Positions 20,230 to 28,740 of a stretch of 40,170 nt of DNA are shown here, piece after piece. The position numbers and the translations under genes were made by a program. Every line of letters starts with the position of its first letter. The stretch's first letter is position 1. The stretch comes from an uncultured archaeon. GTDB lineage: Archaea > Asgardarchaeota > Lokiarchaeia > Sigyniarchaeales > SOKP01. The notes beneath the pieces were generated by a model that was not told where the DNA came from, made no database searches, and worked only from the letters and a program-made list of their open reading frames with translations. Where the stretch lies: positions 1-40,170 of the forward strand of contig CAYUTF010000012.1 of the NCBI GenBank assembly GCA_964447495.1. The letters are read 5' to 3'.

Positions 20230-20382
20230 GTGTTTTCAATATACTCTTTATTTAACTTTACATGAAAGTTAATTAATTTAAATCTTTTTAGAACGATACT
20301 TCAATCCCTAAAAAATTTATTTTAGCCCTTCTTTATTATTATACTTGAAACTTTTAGAATTTCGAAAGATTTGGTTCAAAAT

Positions 20383-21168
20383 ATGGTAAAAAAGTTAGTT
20401 TTATATGATAAAATATATAATTTTTCATCAGAAAAAGAGCAGAGAGCTTTGCAAAATAGATATCTAAAATACTTAGGAGAGAAAGTTAAAGGATTCCCCT
20501 CAACAAATATTAATATTAAGAAATTGAGAGCCTTTGACAGTAGATTTGAGATAGAAATAGATGGTCCAGAAGAAGTCTTCATGTTTAATTTGATAAAGAA
20601 GGAAATCGGCACAATTGTTAATTTTGACGAGCTCAAAGAAGGGAAAATATACAAGGGAACCATGGTCGATATCGGTAAAGTGGGTTTTGGAATATTTGTT
20701 GATTGTGCAATATTAAATCCAAAGACCGACGTTTTAATTCCATTACATGCACTCAGAAAACAATTGTGTAATGGAATGCTTAAATCGCTATCAGAAATCG
20801 TAAAAGCATATGACTTTATTGATATGTTTCCTGTTTATGTAAAAATTGAGTCAATCGATGAAGAACAAAAGAGAGTATTAGGATTATTAGATAATAGCAC
20901 GCTTAATTTATTTCAAAAATTTATAAAAGAAAATATCGAAGGGGTATTCATTAGCGGTCAAAGTAAAGGCCAAGTTAAAAAAGCTCTTGTAAAAACAGGG
21001 CATTTACGTGATATCGTATCTATTGAACGATTTGGATTTTTAGAAAATATTGTTCTTCTACGAGAAGGGACCCAATCACCCGGAATAATCTCTGACATTG
21101 GAAAGTTATTGAAGAATAGCAAATTCAGCGCTATAAAACCGAATAGAATAAAGTCACTATATAATTAA
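20383..21168 (+). CDS. DUF2110 family protein (S1/OB-like)
   Basis: G-x-x-YKG...GKVGFGIFVD...D-x-LIPL-x-x-LR-x-QL...GHLRDI...ERFGFLE...GT-x-x-PGII. Confidence 0.8.
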   Translation: MVKKLVLYDKIYNFSSEKEQRALQNRYLKYLGEKVKGFPSTNINIKKLRAFDSRFEIEIDGPEEVFMFNLIKKEIGTIVNFDELKEGKIYKGTMVDIGKVGFGIFVDCAILNPKTDVLIPLHALRKQLCNGMLKSLSEIVKAYDFIDMFPVYVKIESIDEEQKRVLGLLDNSTLNLFQKFIKENIEGVFISGQSKGQVKKALVKTGHLRDIVSIERFGFLENIVLLREGTQSPGIISDIGKLLKNSKFSAIKPNRIKSLYN

Positions 21169-21182
21169 ATAAATGGAAAAAG

Positions 21183-21255
21183 TGGGCCAGGAGAGGATTG
21201 AACTCCCGATTTTCGCGGTGTAAGCGCGACGTCATAACCACTAGACCACTGGCCC
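21183..21255 (-). tRNA. tRNA-Val(TAC), intronless, CCA not encoded
   Basis: GGGCCAG acceptor stem, anticodon arm TCGCG-CTTACAC-CGCGA, GTTCAATC T-loop; 73 nt. Confidence 0.97.
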
Positions 21256-21286
21256 GTCCCTATTCAGAAAAAAGCTAAAAATAATA

Positions 21287-21389
21287 CGCAATCGGTGGGA
21301 TTCGAACCCACGTATCCGTTCGGACACTGGATTAGCAATCCAGCGCTTTCGGCACGCTATTCCGTTCTACCAGGCTAAGCGACGATTGC
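21287..21389 (-). tRNA. tRNA-Ser(GCT) with a 17-nt D-arm intron (21/22; 21349-21365)
   Basis: GCAATCG/CGATTGC acceptor, CTGGA-TTGCTAA-TCCAG, long variable arm; BHB with GGTA/TGCC helix and two GAA bulges; 86 nt after splicing. Confidence 0.93.
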
Positions 21390-21556
21390 TTATTAATTTC
21401 TATTTGATTTTGAATATTATATTTTGAATATAAAACTTCAAAATTTTAATACTTTATTATTACACGTGGATAATCGTATAAGATATTAGGAGAAAATACA
21501 AAATTAAAAGCAATAATCATATCATTGTGATTTTTTGAAAAAAAGAAAGAAAAAAA

Positions 21557-22045
21557 TTATTCGGAGATTATCTCAAAAACCATTTTTTCTATGATGGGTT
21601 TCTTAGTATACCTTTTATCATAATACCATCCTACTAAGTTAGCTTCTTGAGCTTTCTCTTTATTTGTAGGAATTATGATCAACATCACCCCGTTTGACAA
21701 ATACTTCAGTATCCTCTTGTCAATCGCGTGTAGCTTCTCATTCCCACTCGGATGTGTGTGAGCTTGCCACACAATATCTACCCCTAACTCTTGTTTAAAC
21801 TTGCGCATATTATATATCTTCGATTTCTTATATCGCATCCAACTTCTTGGTTTTACATGGACCTTAGATTTTCGCAAATCGGTGTTAACGATATATTTAT
21901 TAACAATTCCGAAATTTTCCTTTCGATCCGCAAAAACCCAAAAGTGCATAATGTAATCCTTATTTCCTTCTTCGGAAGCTTTTTGAGTAAGCTCATCAAA
22001 TATGCGTTGTGGTATCAAATATCTGAAATCTTTTGCCCCACTCAT
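21557..22045 (-). CDS. JAB/MPN (JAMM-like) domain protein
   Basis: AHTHPSG-x4-HAID metal motif followed by hydrophobic strand VMLIII. Confidence 0.7.
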   Translation of the reverse strand: MSGAKDFRYLIPQRIFDELTQKASEEGNKDYIMHFWVFADRKENFGIVNKYIVNTDLRKSKVHVKPRSWMRYKKSKIYNMRKFKQELGVDIVWQAHTHPSGNEKLHAIDKRILKYLSNGVMLIIIPTNKEKAQEANLVGWYYDKRYTKKPIIEKMVFEIISE

Positions 22046-22222
22046 TTTATCACAACCTTATATTGAGGACAATGAAGCATAAAATTTATATTTTTCTTAA
22101 TAAAAGGAGTAAGCTCTAAAGTTGAATGGTAAAAATAATAAAAATTTTATTTAATTGAACATACTCATAATAATACGAATACCTTAATGTTTCATCCTTA
22201 GGTTATTCACCATTTTAAACGC

Positions 22223-22355
22223 GCAGACGTAGCCTAGCTGGTAAGACGCCGGCCTTGAGTGTTAATTTTAACCAAGCGAGCCGGTGCGCGTGAGCGCTCG
22301 GGGGTTCGAATCGATTCGTGGATTTACCCAAAATGCGAATATCCCTCCGTCTGCG
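22223..22355 (+). tRNA. tRNA-Ser(TGA) with two introns: 37/38 (22260-22278, 19 nt) and 59/60 (22311-22341, 31 nt)
   Basis: GCAGACG/CGTCTGC acceptor; CCGGC-CTTGAG^A-GCCGG; BHB helices CTTG/CAAG and TTCG/CGAA; long variable arm; 83 nt after splicing. Confidence 0.92.
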
Positions 22356-22425
22356 TTTTTAGATGTGAAGTCATTTAATGGAAAAAAGATTTAAGCGGTA
22401 TAATATTTATACCATTCATAATTGC

Positions 22426-22530
22426 GGGCTATTGGCGCAGGCAGGTAGCGCAACCGGCTCTTAACCGGTGGGTCGGGGGTTCGAATCAACAGCGGGATTT
22501 ACCCGAAATGCGAATATCCCTCATAGCCCG
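22426..22530 (+). tRNA. tRNA-Lys(CTT) with a 31-nt T-loop intron (59/60; 22486-22516)
   Basis: GGGCTAT/ATAGCCC acceptor, GCGC/GCGC D-stem, ACCGG-CTCTTAA-CCGGT; TTCG/CGAA BHB helix. Confidence 0.94.
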
Positions 22531-22579
22531 CTAACTTACAATTCCTAAATGCTTTAATTTTTGCTAAATCGTAATTCCT

Positions 22580-23521
22580 TCATTTTAAATACTTAAAAAT
22601 AACTTCAAAATCAGAGAAATCAAAGGGTTTTAAAATAAGCCCATCAGCGTGAATCTCTTCCATGTGTTTTTCAACTTCGGAGCCGGGGATGGCTGTTAAT
22701 AGATATACAGGAATATTTTTCAATTCTTTATTCAATTTAATCGTTTTGCATATATCATATCCACTATAATCGGGTAATATTATGTCTAACAAAATCACTT
22801 TAGGAGTATTATTATTGAGCTCTTCGAAACCCTTTTTTCCGCTCACAAAACCTTTACAGGAATAGCCTTTACTATCAAAATAGCTGGTTAATAATCGTAT
22901 TGTGGGAAAGTCATCTTCAATTAATAGAATGTCATATTGAGTGCTCTCAGTCTTAATGTTATCAAGAATGTTAATAATTTTGTTTTCAAGTAAAAGAGAT
23001 TGATCAAAAATGTTTTGGATTGTAGTTAAAACGTTCTCATCCACCTCGTCTTTATAGTTTTCAAGAAGCAACTGAGAAAATCCTTTAATTGAGGTTAATG
23101 GTTCTTTAAGTGCGTGTGATATGTTCGTAATCGCTTGGTTATCTAACTTTAATACGTTTTCAGTTGAAAATTTTGACTGAATATTTATAAAATATTCAAC
23201 ACTTTTCCTTATAAGCTTTGAAATTGTAGTATATTCGTCTTTATGCATATTTATAAAGTCTTGCCAATCCGCTTTTGTGTCATCAGACACATATAAAGAA
23301 ATTCGTTCTTTATCTCTGTCATAAATCTTTTCCCCCTTTAACCAACGCTTAAAGCCTTCAGTAATAATCCCCCTCCAAATTGCATACTTCTCTGTCTCGT
23401 CTTCATATTTTTCCATTAGTTTCTTTACTTTTTCGTCTGTTAAATCTAATTTTTCAATCTCTTCATCGGTCATTATTGGGATTTCATCTGAATCATGATT
23501 TGCTTTTTCATTGGTCATCAT
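22580..23521 (-). CDS. Response regulator: N-terminal conserved domain + ribbon-helix-helix + HisKA(DHp) + receiver
   Basis: RISLYVSDD...ISKLIRKSV (RHH), ISHALKEPLTSIKGFSQLL (H-box), ILLIEDD / VILLDIILP / LLTA / KPF (REC); AGGTGA SD just upstream of ATGs at 23521/23518. Confidence 0.88.
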   Translation of the reverse strand: MMTNEKANHDSDEIPIMTDEEIEKLDLTDEKVKKLMEKYEDETEKYAIWRGIITEGFKRWLKGEKIYDRDKERISLYVSDDTKADWQDFINMHKDEYTTISKLIRKSVEYFINIQSKFSTENVLKLDNQAITNISHALKEPLTSIKGFSQLLLENYKDEVDENVLTTIQNIFDQSLLLENKIINILDNIKTESTQYDILLIEDDFPTIRLLTSYFDSKGYSCKGFVSGKKGFEELNNNTPKVILLDIILPDYSGYDICKTIKLNKELKNIPVYLLTAIPGSEVEKHMEEIHADGLILKPFDFSDFEVIFKYLK

Positions 23522-23764
23522 TCTCACCTTTTTTTGAAATTATGAAATACCTATTTAGGAATTTAATAAAGAGTCTAATAACGGGTAAATTATTTTTCAT
23601 TGATTTTTGATGTAATTTTAAAAATTTGGATGTAAGTAATATAATTTTTTACAGAAATTAAATTTTTTTGTATTTTTACCAATATTATTTTGTTCTAAAA
23701 TATGAAAAAAGTGTTTTTTGAACACAATTCCTTATGTATTCTTATCTTTTTACTTATAAAAATA

Positions 23765-24802
23765 TTAAGCTTTTCCGTTTAAAATCTTAAAAATAATTTC
23801 GAAATCGCTAAAATTAAACGGCTTTAGGATATATCCATCAGCTTGAGTTTCTTCTAAGTGTTTTTCAACTTCCGAACCAGAAATAGCAGTTAAAAAGTAG
23901 ACAGGTATTTTTTTATATTCATTATCAGACTTAATTGTTTTACAGATATCATAACCACTTAAATCGGGTAATAGGATATCTAATAATACTACTTTGGGAG
24001 AAACTCTACCTAATTCTTCCAACCCTTTATCTCCACTCACGACACCCTGGCATTTATACCCTTTACTATCAAAGTAACTAGTGATAAGTCGAATAGTTGC
24101 TAAATCGTCTTCAATAAGTAAAATATCATAATCTTTCGATTGCACCTTAATGTTGTCTAAAAATTTTATGATAATGTTTTCTAATAAAATACTTTGCTCA
24201 AAAATATCCTTTACAGTCTCCTTTACACTATTATTGAGACTCTTTTTAAATTCTTCATTTTCAAGGAGTAATTGAGAATATCCCTTAATTGAAGTTAAAG
24301 GTTCTTTTAAAGCATGAGAGATATTTGAGATGGTATTTCGATTTACTTTTGAGAAATCATCCGCCTGCATTTTAGTATCTTCTATAAAGGTATTCACACT
24401 TTCTCGAATAAGTTTCGAAAAGGAGGGATACTCATCTTTATTCTGATTGATAAACTCTTGCCATTCTGATTTAGCTTCATCAGATACATATAAAGAAATT
24501 CGTTCCTTATCTCGAGTATAGATTTTTTCTCCTTTTAACCAGCGTTTAAAGCCTTCAGTGATAATCCCCCTCCACACCGCATACTTTTCTGTTTCCTCCT
24601 TATACTGCTCCATGAGTTGTCTTGCTTTTTCATTTTTGGGGTTAAGCTTTTCTATTTCCTCATCGGTCAATTTGGGATTAATAGAATTATCATTTTCATC
24701 TTTTTCTAATTGAGATTCTTCCATGTCGTTCTCCTCTTTCTCATCATTCTTTTCCTTCTCTTTTTTCTCTGAATGATCCGAATTATCAGAATCTACTTTT
24801 AT
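23765..24802 (-). CDS. Paralogous RHH-HisKA-receiver regulator (start at ATA 24802 or ATG 24724)
   Basis: Same motifs as the neighbour; frame open 26 codons upstream of ATG 24724 to an ATA 7 nt after AGGTGA. Confidence 0.85.
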   Translation of the reverse strand: MKVDSDNSDHSEKKEKEKNDEKEENDMEESQLEKDENDNSINPKLTDEEIEKLNPKNEKARQLMEQYKEETEKYAVWRGIITEGFKRWLKGEKIYTRDKERISLYVSDEAKSEWQEFINQNKDEYPSFSKLIRESVNTFIEDTKMQADDFSKVNRNTISNISHALKEPLTSIKGYSQLLLENEEFKKSLNNSVKETVKDIFEQSILLENIIIKFLDNIKVQSKDYDILLIEDDLATIRLITSYFDSKGYKCQGVVSGDKGLEELGRVSPKVVLLDILLPDLSGYDICKTIKSDNEYKKIPVYFLTAISGSEVEKHLEETQADGYILKPFNFSDFEIIFKILNGKA

Positions 24803-25030
24803 TTATGTTTCACCTTTAATTGAATGCTTGGAGAATTTTTTTACCACTAATAAATACCAAAAAATTAGTAATAGAATTTTTATTTAATATTATCTAAAAC
24901 GACAATAATTTCTATTAAAGCGGAATATCAATTTTGATTTTGATTTCGCAAATCGAATTTTGCCTTTATGTATTAATAGAATTCATTTTAAAACACATAT
25001 ACACCTTCGTCGCTCACGATGTAAAAAAAA

Positions 25031-25291
25031 TCAAAATTCAACCGCGATTTTTCTATTAATTTGAGTGTTATCTTCAATTCTTAGATTTCTGTTATCATCA
25101 ATAGGAAAAATTTGATTAATTTTCAGAAAGAGTCGAAGTAATTTTGTGTCTTGCTCGTTTAAGTCCAAATTTCTTAGGAACTTCGCATGTCTATATAATT
25201 TTTCATTAATATTAGGGACTATATTCATAAGATAAACCTCGCTTGTTACTAAAATATTACTTTTTTCTCTCCTTGACATGAAATTAATCAT
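25031..25291 (-). CDS. Hypothetical protein
   Basis: 86-aa ATG ORF filling an otherwise empty gap; no recognised motif. Confidence 0.45.
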   Translation of the reverse strand: MINFMSRREKSNILVTSEVYLMNIVPNINEKLYRHAKFLRNLDLNEQDTKLLRLFLKINQIFPIDDNRNLRIEDNTQINRKIAVEF

Positions 25292-25385
25292 TTAAAAGCA
25301 AAAAGAGACATATGCGATTTTCTAATTTTTCGAGTTCAATTGAATGTTTTTTACCACAAAAATTAATAACTCAGGATATACTTGA

Positions 25386-25496
25386 ACTTCAAGTTTATCC
25401 TATAACTGTATAAAATGTAGAAATTGCAATTATATACGCCACGTCGGCTGGAAAAAATGCCCCATCTGTAAAACCAAAATTAAAAAAAATTATTAG
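25386..25496 (+). pseudogene. Start-less zinc-ribbon gene remnant
   Basis: Stop-to-stop frame TSSLSYNCIKCRNCNYIRHVGWKKCPICKTKIKKNY*; CxxC...CPxC; no ATG/GTG/TTG in frame. Confidence 0.5.
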
Positions 25497-25525
25497 CGTT
25501 TTAAAGTCTATTGATTACTAGGTTT

Positions 25526-27148
25526 TCATTGAAAATGTGTTAATGTATGACCTATGTAAAATCTTACCTCTTTAACTTCAACATCATAAAATATACCATA
25601 AATGAACAGATCTTCAAGATGATGGTGAGAAATCTTATCGTTACCTATAGATTGTTTATGATTCTTATATATCTGTTGATATCCATTGAAAATGAAACCT
25701 AATAAATCTGCTCGAGTAAATCCCCCTCTCTTTATGTGAGTGTACGTAATAATCTCGCTTTGGGGAAATGTAAGTCGAAGAAATATTTTTTCATCAGTAA
25801 TCACAATTTTATGGGGATTAATAAGGATATCTTCCAAATCCTTCTGCTCATAATAAACTATTCGGAATCTATGAAATTTGCCCTCAATATCGATCTTTTT
25901 AAGAATTTTAGAAGAAAAGCGTAAGATATGGTCAGTATATGTTCCAGTGCGAACCCACTTCGTTAACCCGTTGATCATTTTTACTCTTTGGCCGAAAGGT
26001 AACTGTTTCATCTTTTGAGATAATATGTCTTGTGCTTCTTCATCAAAATAGGTGTAGACTAGACTTGAAGGAACTGCACTTGAATCAACAAACCGCATTA
26101 TATCATCGTGACCTAAATAATTGAAAAAATTTTCTAAAAAAGGAGATTTCTTTGATAGCATCATTTCTTTAAAATCAGATAGCGATAGCAATTTATAAAA
26201 CTTATATTTTAAAAGAGAAAATACATTTCCTATTGAAAGGGTTTCAAATAGGTCTCGAACTCGTTCCTTGATTTTTTGTTTAATAAACCCACCGTCCTTT
26301 TCAAGCTCTTCTAGAAATAAATTCAGTTTCTCTAATACATCTAAACGAGTACGATTTTCTCTTGTTGTTAAGAAGTTGGTACTATTATTTGTTAATAAGG
26401 GTTGTCGAAATTCAAATATCTGTTGGAGTAGATTTTTTTTACCCCGTAGTAGACGGATGATAAATTCCTCTTCATTTATTATTCCGAGTTCTGGAAATAA
26501 AAGTAGCAATTCTTGCGTTAAACGAAAATAGGTCTCTTCTCGCTTTTTGATATAAGTGTCGAGATTTTCGAGAATTAGCGGTAGAAACTGCTCTCCGAAA
26601 TGTTTAAGGTAATCTTTCCCTATAAGTAATATTACTGCATTTTCAATTTCCTTTTCTATCCATGCCCTCAACAACATTTCTTTTTGCACTTCGGTTAGAT
26701 AACGCAGAAACCCTTCATTGGTTAAATAACTAATTGTTGGGGGATGGAAAGAAGTAAAACGTTTGCAAATTTCTTCTTGAAATACTAGTTTCGCTCGTGA
26801 GTCCTCAACTTCCGTAAGCCTCCTTAATAGAGGGAACGCCAAATTACTATGTAGCAAGCGCACATCGTACCCATTTTCAAACCATGCCTGCAGATTAGAG
26901 CAGTGCCCCCAGAACTCTACTTCAGGGGGAATTGAGATATTCTCTTCCCTTCCTTCCAAAGAATGATTTAGATATTCTGCTACCTCGTCTATCGATTTAA
27001 ACTCGTCATATGAATTTATATCTTCTACGGGAATGTTAATAAGTAAGAATCTGCATTGTTGAAATAACTTATCTTGAATATAGATATTAGTTTTCCCCTT
27101 TTCTAGTTTAAGGGTTAGATACTCATTGACCTTGAACTCTTGAATCAT
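25526..27148 (-). CDS. Lokiarchaeal expanded-family protein (EFKVN...EFWGHCSNLQAW N-terminal domain) with a non-LRR C-terminus
   Basis: EFKVNEYLTLKLE..KTNIY...C-x-FLL-x-NIP...SIDE...EFWGHCSNLQAW-x-E...RLLHSNLAFPLLRRL; recognised from recall as a multicopy Loki domain often fused to LRRs. Confidence 0.75.
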   Translation of the reverse strand: MIQEFKVNEYLTLKLEKGKTNIYIQDKLFQQCRFLLINIPVEDINSYDEFKSIDEVAEYLNHSLEGREENISIPPEVEFWGHCSNLQAWFENGYDVRLLHSNLAFPLLRRLTEVEDSRAKLVFQEEICKRFTSFHPPTISYLTNEGFLRYLTEVQKEMLLRAWIEKEIENAVILLIGKDYLKHFGEQFLPLILENLDTYIKKREETYFRLTQELLLLFPELGIINEEEFIIRLLRGKKNLLQQIFEFRQPLLTNNSTNFLTTRENRTRLDVLEKLNLFLEELEKDGGFIKQKIKERVRDLFETLSIGNVFSLLKYKFYKLLSLSDFKEMMLSKKSPFLENFFNYLGHDDIMRFVDSSAVPSSLVYTYFDEEAQDILSQKMKQLPFGQRVKMINGLTKWVRTGTYTDHILRFSSKILKKIDIEGKFHRFRIVYYEQKDLEDILINPHKIVITDEKIFLRLTFPQSEIITYTHIKRGGFTRADLLGFIFNGYQQIYKNHKQSIGNDKISHHHLEDLFIYGIFYDVEVKEVRFYIGHTLTHFQ

Positions 27149-27604
27149 AATAGGAATATTATAGTTTATGAATACTGATAATTATTTGTTAAATTTGAAT
27201 TTTTAACCTTTCTAGACGTTGGAGGGAATAAGATCCAATTTTCTTATTTTACGCTTTACTGGATATTTTGATCCCTCACATCTACAATATGGAATATTCT
27301 ATATTTAAATCTTTAGAGAATCTTTAATTCTTGAGAAGGGTTGTATTAACTATTTTATTAAATTGTGATGTGTTTGACTTTTTCCCTTTGTTGTGCGAAA
27401 AAAGTGAAATTGGATTCAAAAAGCTCCGACAAATTTGTTTTTACTCAAAATATTCTTAAGTGAAAATTCAACCCCCTCCGCGCCCTAATACCTCAATATT
27501 ATGTCGCTTTTTTAATCTCTCCTTACCCTTATTCTCTATTTAATAAGTTTTTGTGTCAAAAATATTCGTGTAAAAAATCGTTTTCGATCACAATTCGAAT
27601 GTAA

Positions 27605-27623
27605 AAACGAAAACATTTAAATA
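27605..27623 (+). promoter_or_regulatory. Putative BRE/TATA promoter of tfb
   Basis: Purine-rich AAACGAAAACA followed by TTTAAATA about 140 nt upstream of the ATG; a second TATA-like run lies near 27636-27650. Confidence 0.4.
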
Positions 27624-27763
27624 CTCGGGTGCAAATATAATATATATTAATATAGTGTGTGTACAAAAAAAAGGTATTGTGTGTAAAACTCCTACTTTTC
27701 TTTCGAAAAAGTGGGATAACAAAAAAAGAGGAAATATTAACGGGTTAAGATTGAGGGAATATA

Positions 27764-28654
27764 ATGGTTGTAGAATTAGATGTATCGGCTAACTCTTGCC
27801 CTGAGTGTGGCGGGCAGACTATAAATGTTATAGAAAGAGGCGAGACTGTATGTCAGATATGTGGTTTAGTGATTAGTGAGAAGGATATTGATGTTTCTCA
27901 TAGTGGAATTCGCGCATACTCAAAGCATGAAAAAGACAAGAAAGAAAGGACAGGATCACCCATGTCAATATTGATGCCTGATATTGGATTAAGCACAGTA
28001 ATCGATAGATCGAAGATAAAGAATCCTGATTTAAGAAGGGCTGCAAAGTGGAATACTCATCTTTCATGGGAGAAGCGCAATATGCTTATGGCGATCACAG
28101 AGCTGAAGCGGATTGGAGGCAATTTAAGTTTTCCCGAGCGAGTAAAAAAGTCAGCGGTTCGTTTGTATAAAGAGGTATTCAAGCGACAATTATTACGGGG
28201 CAGGTCAATCAATGGAATGGTTGCGGCTTGTTCCTACTATGCGTGTAAAGATGAGAAAGTCCCGGTGACTCTTCAAGAGATTTTAGAAGAGGCTTCGATT
28301 AATGATAATATTGTAAAGAAATGTTATAAGATTTTAGTGAGAGAGTTGAATTTAAAGATTTCTCATATAGATCCGGTATCGTTAATTCCGCGATATTGTG
28401 CTGATTTAGATTTAGGGATTGAAATAGAGAAAGAATCGATGAAAGTTTTAAATAAGTTTATAGAACATACATCAATCTCAGGAAAGGACCCAAAAGGTTT
28501 ATGCGCTGGCGCAATATATTTGATTACCAAACTTAGGAATGTCAAAGTGAGTCAAAAAGATATCTCTCGAGTGATAGGAGTCACGGAAGTGACTCTGCGC
28601 TCGAGGTATAAAGAGTTATTGAAGAATGTAAGTTTTAGTTTCTCGTCGATGTGA
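27764..28654 (+). CDS. tfb: Transcription initiation factor IIB
   Basis: CPECGG...GETVCQICGLV Zn ribbon, ERTGSP, RGRSI, GKDPKGLCAGAIY, GVTEVTLRSRYKEL. Confidence 0.96.
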   Translation: MVVELDVSANSCPECGGQTINVIERGETVCQICGLVISEKDIDVSHSGIRAYSKHEKDKKERTGSPMSILMPDIGLSTVIDRSKIKNPDLRRAAKWNTHLSWEKRNMLMAITELKRIGGNLSFPERVKKSAVRLYKEVFKRQLLRGRSINGMVAACSYYACKDEKVPVTLQEILEEASINDNIVKKCYKILVRELNLKISHIDPVSLIPRYCADLDLGIEIEKESMKVLNKFIEHTSISGKDPKGLCAGAIYLITKLRNVKVSQKDISRVIGVTEVTLRSRYKELLKNVSFSFSSM

Positions 28655-28740
28655 TGGTCAAAATTTTTCTATAATATTTTAATAATTTTTTAATAATTTT
28701 TACAATTTTTACTTACTTTTCTTATTTTTACTGAAAACTA

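Noticed and set aside
22299-22522. Repeated tRNA 3' segment as attL/attR, CRISPR repeats or split-tRNA halves
   Set aside because: Both copies lie inside complete tRNA genes with their own acceptor stems and are explained by BHB introns; there are only two copies and no integrase or cas genes
22580-24802. Hybrid sensor histidine kinases or truncated kinase pseudogenes
   Set aside because: No HATPase or sensor domain; the same intact DHp-receiver junction in two diverged paralogues argues against decay
28668-28735. Short AATAATTTTT-like tandem repeats between tfb and the radical SAM gene
   Set aside because: Low-complexity T-rich tract consistent with an ordinary terminator region between convergent genes
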